Source: Chrysomallon squamiferum (lineage: Eukaryota; Animalia; Mollusca). From it: DNA of 64,000 nt. Location: contig CM022679.1 in NCBI GenBank assembly GCA_012295275.1, forward strand, positions 13,206,001-13,270,000, written 5' to 3'. The translations under genes and the position numbers were made by a program. Below are positions 53,650 through 64,000 of the stretch, piece after piece. How positions within the stretch are numbered: the stretch's first letter is position 1; every line of letters begins with the position of its first letter. The notes under the pieces were generated by a model. That model saw nothing but the letters and a program-made list of their open reading frames with translations. It made no database searches and was not told the origin of the DNA.

Positions 53650-54690
53650 GAGCCTGAACAAAAGAAATCTCATAAAGATACTCCATGATTTGAATGGAAA
53701 TCACAAAATTTATAAATGAAAATGTGCTATTAAACTGATTTTTAAGTATTAATAATAAAAATATTGCCTATATCAGTGAACTGATTTAAAATTATTAATT
53801 TTTTTTTTTTTTAAATGCAATCTTTATAACATAATTAGATAAATTAATTTATAAGGATTGTAACAAAAAAAATCTAAAATCTATGATTTAAAAACAAAAA
53901 AATTATATATGATTAAATTTTGATTTTCACAGTCTTTTCTTAAGATATGTATCGTGTTTGTCATTAACACATATATTTATTCAATTTAAGAAAAAAAAAT
54001 GTATATCTGATTTTGATTATTAATAAAGATTTAATTTTTTATTTTTAATTAAATAATAGTTTGTTTTTATTTCCATGTTTTAGAAAGTGTAGAATCCTAT
54101 TATTTATTTATTTCATTTCTGTTAGTAAACAGATAACTTTAGACAAAATTTCAAATTGACATATTACTTTTTGAAAATATTGAAAATTCCAGACAACCAT
54201 TATTAAATTACAAATTATAAAACTGCAAAGCCAAAATGTATTAAACATATTCATTTACTTATTTATGACTTTGCACTTAAACCCTTTGTTTATACCAGAT
54301 GCACATGCATTTGCAATTGATCCGATCCACATGCTTTTCACTTTTTCACATATTCAGCAATATGTCTTGGGTGAATCTTATTTTCTGCCTACACCTTAGT
54401 TACATTTGAACAATGTGTTTCACACTGATTATGTTTCAGATTCCAATATTGTAAATTTTGTTCTGGTCATAGTAGGACAGCCATTTCCATATTTATAAAA
54501 ATGAGGACATTTTAAAATTTGTGTGACGCTTAATTTCAAATTAAAATTAAACATGTTTAATGATGAGTTGAAATACAAAAATATCAAGGTTTCAGTAGCA
54601 GAAAACAGAATGAAAGTATTTTTCATTATTAAAAAAGACTGAAATACTAATAAAATAGTAGAGGAAAATTAAACTGGAAGTATACTAAAT

Positions 54691-55150
54691 ATGAGCTATA
54701 TTTCACAATTAACTGGAGAAATAACAGAACAACATTTACTTCACAATCTGATGACTGCAGTTGGGACTTTAATGTCTGCTGAATGTGTGCAATCTCCAGT
54801 AATTTGCTTAACTGATGTCAACATCAGACAAAATCACTGGTTCAATGGAGGGAGCATCATGGTGTGGGGCGGCATCCCTAGCCATCATAGGATTCTTCTG
54901 TGTGATGAAAGGCAGTCTGATGGCAATCTGTTATGCAAACGAGATTATCCAGCCATCATTTCTCCCATTTCTGCAGCAAATGTCTCCAGGACAGACTTTC
55001 TCAAGCAACAACATAACACCAACATGGGTTGGCCAGCAAATTCACCTGAACAGGTGAGTTCCAAGAAGACTGCGCCCTCTCCATCAGCCTGGAAGATCCG
55101 AGTCATCTTCTTGATCAACAGCATGAGACAAAAATGTATTGAGATGGGTG
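54691..55150 (+). mobile_element. Tc1-like DDE transposase relic
   Basis: FNGGSIMVWGGI, frameshifted KGSL.A..Y..EII.P..LPFL and WPANSP are Tc1 transposase signatures; fragmented. Confidence 0.8.
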
Positions 55151-55281
55151 CAATTGTAAAATTTACTGTTACCTTGATGGAAAGTATTTTGAGAGAGAGG
55201 ACTGCTGTGATCTTACAGTGGGACTCAGAATAACTTAATAGTATTCAGAGGTAAGGTTTCAGGTAGGAAATGGTGGTGATT

Positions 55282-55323
<42 letters not shown>

Positions 55324-56201
55324 CTGATTTGTATTGGAAAACAGAGGTCAGTGAAATAGATGGTCAACCGTATGCATTTAATATTACATGGAGATAGGGT
55401 TATCCACCAACCAATACCTTGGTTAATGTCGCTTACGAAAGATGACAACTAGATTAGATACATGACAGAGTATTCTACTGGGTTTGGTGATTATATGATG
55501 TCAGACCAGTTGGTTATGACACTGCTATTCATCAACAGAAAAAATATTTTTAAGGTTTGTATTTATGGTTTGAAGTGCCAAAGGTAAACACTGAAACTGC
55601 ATTCTTGTCAAAATGGCCATCTGCTGGATAGCATAATAGAAACAGCTCAGTGGCACCCAGAGAATGTCATAACTGTTAAGTTCTTTTAATAAACGTTTAG
55701 TTTAAGCCCAGCACTTGATCATCTAATATACCTGGCACAGTACACACTGCCATCATCGACATCTATTTGTTCCAAAATTTCTGATAATATTTTTTTACAA
55801 AGTTGCTAAGAAGAAGCCAAGTTTGATATCATTATATCAAATTACATGTATACCTTTTTGCATGTGTGTTTGACACTTAATGAACAATTCAAAAATGTTG
55901 AGGTATGTTGCAAACATTCATTAAATCTTTCATATAAGTACATATTTACAAACTATCCAAATAATGATAACAATTTTTTTTTAAATATTTTAATATATAT
56001 GACAAACAATTCTGATTTCAATTAAATGTTTTATTAACTATTTAAATGAGAAAACAAAAAGAAATTTAACTTAATAAAGAAAAATGCAAAAAGTTTCTTA
56101 AATCATACAAATTATCAAGAACCTTCACGGAATCCTGCTTTTCAACTGTCATTTTTAACATTTTTAACTTTCTTTTTTCTTTTCTTTTTAAATAAATAAT
56201 T

Positions 56202-56236
<35 letters not shown>

Positions 56237-56376
56237 GTATTAATGTGATACAGAACAATTCAAACAAAATAACACAGAAATTAACATCAAGAAATGTTCA
56301 TATATGTAACATTTTCTGGGGGTTTTCACTCCCACTTTCTTTGGTTTTCTTTTTTCACAGTCTACATTTTTGGTTT

Positions 56377-58433
56377 TTATGGGGTCCAACTCTTATCTGA
56401 GTCTTCTTCCTCCACCATCTCATCAATGATTTGTGTAAGAGGTTTGGGAACCTGCACCTCATAGCTTGAATCTGTGGCAGCTGTATCATTTTCAGACAAA
56501 GATACCTCAGAGTCTTCTTGTTCCTCACAGCCTGGAGTCCAGGATGTATCACTTTCTTCGTCCTGGAAATAAGAAGGCAGTGCAGAAACTGAACTGACAG
56601 TGCAAGGTTTGGCTCGTTTTCTTTTACTTTTGGTAGCATCCACACAATGATCGTCAGAGCTTTGGCTTAAAACTTTGTTCATTGTTGTTGTTCTGAAAGA
56701 ATATGAATATTTGTTATTTTCTGATCTAAATAACTGCTTTGCATCTGCAGCATCCACTTCAGAAGGATCACCATCAGAGTTTGTTTGTTCCTGTCCTCCA
56801 GAGCATTTTGATACAGAAAGATTGATTGCAACATTAAGTTTAGTACAATCTTTTGCTGCAAGCAAGCCTTTTGTTCTTTTTGTTCCCAAGTCAACGTGGT
56901 CACTATCTAGTTTTCGTTTCTTAGAATTACTGAAGTTAACTTCAATGTTGTTCTGAACAACATCTATTTCATCAGATGTACTTCTCTCATTAATGACTGA
57001 TGACTGAGAATCATTTGATAACATTAGCCAGTTACTAACAGAATGTTCAGGTGATCGTGGCATATCTGGAAGATTTCTTAGCAAGCTGAAGATAGCTGAA
57101 TTAGAGGACGTTTCAATACTTTTTCCAGATCCTGAAGACTCAGCAGTGCTCACAAGAGAATCCTCAGACCTCACATTTCTAGGCTCCTCAGTATTCTGTG
57201 CCAGTGAAGAATTTGATGCCACAGTTAGCTCTGATGCTCTTGACCCAGTGCTCAAAGAACAGTTATCACTGTCACTTACAGAAGTTGTGTTTTGATTGAT
57301 GGAACTTGATGACTCCCAGCTGGAGCTGCTTGAATCGAAAGACTGATGAAATGGATTCCATCTTTCTTCTCCAAGCTTCTTTTTTAACTCGGTGTTCTCT
57401 TGTACTGAATAATCATAATCACTTTTCAACTCTTTAAGAGTATTCCGAAGTCCTGAAAAAAAAGAAGAAAAAATCAAGAATTAAAACAAAATAACATCAG
57501 TAGTAGATAATGACTGATGACTGAACAATTTCATTTCAGTTTAAACAATGTCTAAAAATGTTTTAATAGATTTAAAACACTGTTAAACAAATTTTATTTG
57601 GATTTATTTGGGTATATATTTGTATCTATAATTATTCTTAATCATATAATTTTACATTTCTGAGATTTGGTGATCAGTGTGAGAAAAGGGCAATTTAATG
57701 TTCTTTTTAAGTTTAAATATACATTTGACTTCTAAATTCATTCACTAAATTAACTGATTACATTTAGCACTATTATATAATTAATTCAGTACTATCATTT
57801 TTCATCGTGATCAGGTGAAAATATGCATTAACAGTGGAAAGAACTGTGTTCTGTTCCCACACCTATATGTGAGATGACTTACTTAACAGTTACACAAAAT
57901 CACAATGAAACAAAAAGACTTAAAGACATACCTTTTATTTGCATCTTCAGAGCATCAATACAGTCGTGTCCATATATTTCCTTTTCTGGCATTGTTATTT
58001 CACAACGATTGCAGGTACACTCTTTGAAATAACAGTCAGTTTCATGTTCTTTTATATCTCTTTTCAAAACATCTTTTCTGCAGCTCTTGAATCGACATTT
58101 AACCATCATGAAGCCACACTCTTTAACATGACTGTCAAACTCTTCCATTTTTATTATTTTATCACAACCATTCTGCTGGTATTCACAAAACATTGCAAGT
58201 CGGTTGAGCATATTTCTGACAAGTGGGATGGCAGGTCGCACATCGTCATTAAATATTACTGTCCTGCATATTGGACAGGAGTTGTTTCTGTCCAACCACT
58301 TTGTAATACACGCTGAGCAGAATACATGGTCACATCTGCTCATCACCGGTTTGTCAAGGACACATGTGCAAATAGTACATATCAAATTGGGATCTGGTAC
58401 TTGTTGAAATTTCTCAATGTCATACCTGGACAT
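56377..58433 (-). CDS. RING-HC plus TRAF-type zinc finger E3 ligase (RNF41/RNF151/PDZRN3-like N-terminus) with a long Ser/acidic disordered tail, ~525 aa. Exons 58433-57932, 57452-56377
   Basis: MSRYDIEKF..PDPNLICTICTCVLDKPV..CDHVFCSACITKW...SCPICR, RNMLNRL..FC....GC, further Cys/His fingers and a coiled coil; phase-1 GT-AG intron; 5' UTR donor near 59103. Confidence 0.88.
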
Positions 58434-59360
58434 ATTTAATATCACTGAAAGAGAAACTAATATTATTATTAATACTTAAAAAATAGAGAGAGACTTTACA
58501 CACTCACACAAAACAAATATTGAAAGTAATGTTTTTTTTATGTGTGTATGTGTTAAATTTTATTCATTAAAAGTTATAATTTTGTTAAGCAATTTTCAAT
58601 GGAATTCTTTCAATAAAACATCCTAATAAGTTAATAAATAAACTCTAGAATATCCTATAAAAGGTTAATATACTAATTCCTAACTTTGTGCTATACCATT
58701 CTATGATACTTCAAACACTTTACATTATTTTGTTTGAAATGAATTTGCCCACCTGTAACTTATAAATGCAAACCTTCAGTTTGAAATTACTAATTTGACA
58801 TTTTGCATGTAACAATACCAACATATTATTATTTATGTGTAAAATTATGTGTTAATTACTTTCTTTATTGTAATGTGTACGGATATTATTTGTTGTTGTA
58901 AAACAAACACTGAGACAGTACGGTATACCAATCCAGTTCAATACTTTTAATACTAATTACTAACACTAGAGACAGTGATTGGGTGATTTACGATAATTCA
59001 TACTTAAATTTAGTTTGTTAACTTCGCAATATAATAAAACAATTGCCAGTATTTCTTTAACAATTCCAAATTTATTTGTTTTATTTGTTTCTTAAATACT
59101 TACGTTATATATATGTTTAAGATTTGAGTTATTTATAATTATTTATAAGGAAATAAACTGCTACTTATTCTACGTTTGGTTTTCGATAAAAATATGATGA
59201 AGAGTTATTGCCCTTGTCTGTGCTGCACTAAAAATTATATCTTCAGAGACTGCCACCACTACTCGTTTGAGATAATGGTTTTGAAAAAATAAAATCATTA
59301 AATTTAAGACATTTATTTTTTGTTTGTTTTATTTATTGTCTTTGTTGCTGATTTATTATA

Positions 59361-59407
<47 letters not shown>

Positions 59408-59799
59408 TGTTCAGTTCCATAATAGACTGGTTATTTACGGTGATTACCACAAATAAAATATTGTAAAAATAGTAGTCGAATATCAAACATAAACATCAGG
59501 ACAAACTTTGCGTATTTTGATTTCGTGTAACAGTTCAAACTGGTTCAGAACTCTAGGTAAATGAATAATCTTGTAAACTATAGTTTGAATATATTTCAAA
59601 CGTTTAACGCTACTACCATTAGTATTTATACGCTGTTTATAAATGAAAAATAAATTCAATACTAGGTTAACACTTGCACTAACAGTAATAATGTTACTAT
59701 CAGTAGCCAAGAGCGTTCAAGAGGTTCAGCTTCTGATAATTTTCAGTTTAGTAACGTTTACAATAAGTTGTAACTGGATTAATAATATAAACTAATTGT

Positions 59800-59843
<44 letters not shown>

Positions 59844-59847
59844 AATA

Positions 59848-59909
<62 letters not shown>

Positions 59910-60059
59910 ATACAAACTTTTAAAAAAGTAAAGTATTGAAAGATTTGTTTTGTACAAATCCCTTGTGTTTCTTAGCCTTAGGGGTATCATAGATCTTTTT
60001 TTTTTTTAAATTATTATTGTTGGTGCTGATGGTGGTGTTGTTTATTTATTTTATTTAGA

Positions 60060-61253
60060 ATGCCAGTCACACAAGAAGGAGAAGAAGATATTTCCACCAT
60101 GATTACTTCTCTTAGTGAATACTTTGAGCTGGACAAAAAAGCATCAGATGCTAAGAATTATGCACTGGATCATCCCATTATGACAGTGTTTTGGATTGTC
60201 ACCATAGCAATGTGTGGCATTCCTCTCATTTGTTTCTTCACCTTTGTGTTTGCCACCATCTTGCTATCAATTGCTGGATTTATCCTTTTAGAAGGTAAGA
60301 GTTAATTTTTATTTCTGATACAGATTTATTTAATTTATTTATTTATCTTTTTTTCATTTTTTTTTTTTTTTTTTCAATTTGTCAGATTGTGGCTTCATGT
60401 ATTTCAAATATGTTTGAGAAAAAGTACATGATTATCATTTAAGGTGAATTATCATTTAAGGTGAATTAACATTTTATGCCATTTCTATATATTATTTTAA
60501 TATTAACAGTTATTATGTGGTTTCTTTGTTTATATCAGTGCTAGAGATGAAATCTGCTACTGCAATAGCATGAGCTACTTCTGCCCATTAACATATAGTG
60601 GAACAATGTCCCTGTGATGTATAAACAAGTTTTCATGATTGGTAAATGACTGGGTTTGCCATATGTATATATTATATTATAATTACTGAGAAAAAATAAC
60701 TGCAGAGTAAAATAAATATTCTTTTGAAGTTTTCATATTAAATGGCATGTCAGCATAGTGTTTAACAAAACTGCACTAGGAAATAGATCATTGAAATAAA
60801 TTTATTTTAAAATGTTACTTTGAGGTAACAAATTTGAAACAGATTTATTAACTATTCTGGATTATAAAGAAATTAATATTAATATACATGTATCTTGTGA
60901 CAGATCACACGATATACTGAACATGTGACATTTGTTGAATTTCATATCAGTCACATTTGATATTTAGTAACTATTTGTAAGCCAGAGAAATCTTGCTCTG
61001 TTTTACATATTTATTATTGTATTACAGTCTGTTATAGTAATAATTTATAATTTAATAATTATTGGTAAATTACTTAACCAATTAATTTTCCATTTTGTGA
61101 CACTTTCTAGCTGCTGTAAGTCACAGTTTCAATTTACATATTTATAATTATAAAAAAATTACATTAATAACCAACGTTTATAATTTTATTCTTCATTATT
61201 CTTCATGTAGTAATAATTTAAATTTTATAATTAGTAGTAACCATTTTTTAAAT

Positions 61254-61292
<39 letters not shown>

Positions 61293-61472
61293 CTTTGTTT
61301 TCCAGGCACTATTGTTACAATTGCGGCACTGTTTCTGGGTCTGGCTCTCATGGTTGCTGGTCTTATCTCTCTGGGATTCAGTCTCACCATTGTTACAGCT
61401 TTCCTTGCAATCAAGTACAGCCAGAAACTCCTGGAACATGTCTCGAGCAAAGTAAAGTGTCCAGAACAGTGA
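60060..61472 (+). CDS. LDAF1: Promethin / lipid droplet assembly factor 1 (TMEM159) family, ~133 aa. Exons 60060-60294, 61306-61472
   Basis: HP followed by a long double hydrophobic hairpin HPIMTVFWIVTIAMCGIPLICFF...GFILLE|GTIVTIAALFLG...GLISLG, matching the promethin pattern. Confidence 0.85.
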
Positions 61473-64000
61473 AATAACTGTGTCCATTAAATAAAAAGAT
61501 GGCAGGAGTTAGTTGACCATAGGAGGATGGTCGAAACTATCAGAGAAAGCAAATGAAAACAATTTTGGTTTGCATCATTTTAATCAGCTATTTTATATAT
61601 AATATACATGCTCAGACACACACACACACACACACACACATAGCCACACACATCTATATATATTCTTATAACAAAATGCAGTAAGGGAAACACAATTTCA
61701 GTTTGTTTTAACCAGTTAAGTAACATTCTTTTTTTAAAAGAATCTTAGTTCATAAGTAAAATATGTATGGCTGATTATTTAAGTAAACCAAATTTGTTGA
61801 AGATTTGTTTTATTTGCATTTCGTTGTATATTTTGGTTAAGTTGAATGTACTACCTCAGGCACACTGCAAAATATTTTCGAGGAGATCACTTTGGATACT
61901 GCAGATGTATAGATCTGTCACACTGGATGATGTACTTGAACCATTCTTTTGGATTGTATGGAAATTAATATTTATATCCATACACTTAGTGACAGATCAG
62001 ATGATAACCGAACAGTTTGCATTTGTTGAAGTTCTGAAGATATTCAAATCAGTTCAATCACTTGTTATTCGTAAACAGATCTATATTAAATAGGTTCCTA
62101 AAATAAAACAATAAAGCAATAATTTGAAAGTCTATATAAAAGAATATTAGCAGGCCATTTATTCATATCACCACTGGTAGATTTAACTGCAGTGCAATAA
62201 CATTTGCTGTGTTGTTGATATGTATTTAATTATTAATATAACTGAGACCTAAAAAAGATTCAAATAATTTTAAAGTTTTTTGTATTAATAGCAAAACAAG
62301 CAAGATTTAGTTATCTCATGAAATCATACTTGAGATTTGAGACAGATTCTATTTATGTAATCTATATATAGTACATATTGTTACTGGTTTTAGAACAGTT
62401 GATGGAAAATCTTTTTGTATGATTTTTTGTTGTTTTTTTTATCGTATTATTATTATTATTATTATTAAAATTATTGTGTAACTTCTGTAAATTCTGATGT
62501 AATTGTTTATGCAAAATATACAACAGTGTATGTTGTAATACAAATGGACTAAAATATGCTGACTTTATTTTTTTCTTATTTTTTTCTTTTTTGATAGATT
62601 TTCTATAATGAAATCTCTGAATAACTACTGGTTCTTCTTTTCATTCTTATAAACACTTGGGAGTCACATAAGTCAGAATATAATTATTTCTCATATATTG
62701 AATTTTTTTCATTTTATTTTTCATTTTATTGCCCATTTAAAGCTTATTTAATGAGGTTTAACTTGGGTGCATTTTATTGATTTTCCAAAACGTATTTGTA
62801 ATGTTAAATGTATGAATACATTTGAGGTCTGTTTGATACATTAAAGAAGTCTACCATTGTTATTACATCAGTTATTTAATGATTAGCTGCAAGATATGTT
62901 TCTCTTACATCTTCCCATAGACAGGAGTATAAACCTCATCTTTAATAAACTAGTCACAGGTTCATAGCAAAGCAAAGGGGAACTGATCTTTTAATCCAGC
63001 ATTCTGGATTCATATTTTTAAATTATCGTATTTGAAATATTATTTAGCACATTCCCGCTTTGTTTGAAATGTTAGTTTCAGCAGAATAAAAAATATTCTA
63101 ATTTCAGTGTTGACTGAAAAAAGTTTACAAAGAAAAGAATAAAGCAGCCTGGTTCTCCTAATTGATTTAATATTTTATTAAACTTGATTATTGTTTAATG
63201 TTGTACATAGTTATTACGTTTCTTTTTTCTTTTTTGTTTTGTTGGTTTATTTGTTACTATGAAATTAAACTTTGTTTACATCCTTACTGCTGAACCATAC
63301 AACAACACAACAACAAAAATAATAAATAAATTCTATATATATATTTTTATATTTTTATTTTTTTATTTTTTCAGGTGTAAGAATGTGAGCTTTGGTTAAA
63401 ATTAATGAATATATTTTAATTTTCAAATTACAACTATGTGCTAAATTAAGCTCTGAATAGGTGCTAAAATATTTTTTTAAACGTTTACATGCCTTTTGAT
63501 TTGTGAAGGTTAAGCTTAAAATTATTAACATTGAAGGAAAGGCATAAATTCCACCTTGATTATTACATCAAAAAATTATGATTGTAGAAATGAAAATTAG
63601 GTTCATTACATAAATAAAAACATCACTCATTTCTGTTCTTTTTAATTTAAAGATTAATAATTAGTATAACATATTTGTGAATGTTTTTTTTTTTTAAATA
63701 ACAAGATCAGTATATAGGTTTAACCATTATGAATTTTGTTATTATTTATTTAGTATTGTTATTATTATTAGTTTTTAATTTATTTATTTATTTAATTTTT
63801 TATTGGTTGGATGGGTGATGGTCTTTTTTTTTTTTTTTTTTTTTTAACACATTTCAGTTAGTCCTCCAATAATGTCAGCAGAATTTAAAATTATTTGAAT
63901 TTTCATTTCATCCCGTTTTTATCAGATTTGACAGGACATATCAGAACATTTTATTGTGATAAAAATTACTACAATAACTAATTATATTCCAATGTATTTC

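Noticed and set aside
61500-64000. Further genes, including ORF 61767-62093
   Set aside because: AT-rich sequence with no coherent exon chain; likely 3' UTR or intergenic.

Overview
AT-rich, microsatellite-laden animal genomic DNA with spliceosomal introns; probably a lophotrochozoan such as a mollusc (inference). Positions 1-15.4 kb are about 2.6 tandem ~5.8-kb units. Two units carry decayed fragments of the downstream protease gene and a near-identical TATA-driven, highly base-paired ~335-nt exon of unknown identity. Next come a 13-exon LDLa-CUB-CUB-CUB-LDLa-trypsin protease (+), a TEX47-like gene (-) with a U12-type AT-AC intron and a probable second first exon, and GPANK1 (+). A 9-exon bacterial-type (fold III) alanine racemase (-) has, just upstream of its first coding exon, a decayed RNase H-bearing non-LTR retrotransposon with an HDV-like ribozyme remnant. 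The rest holds an unrecognised multi-exon gene (+) with an internal exon duplication, a Tc1-like relic, a RING/TRAF-zinc-finger E3 ligase (-) and promethin/LDAF1 (+). All exon boundaries were read by eye; family calls rest on remembered motifs, not database searches.
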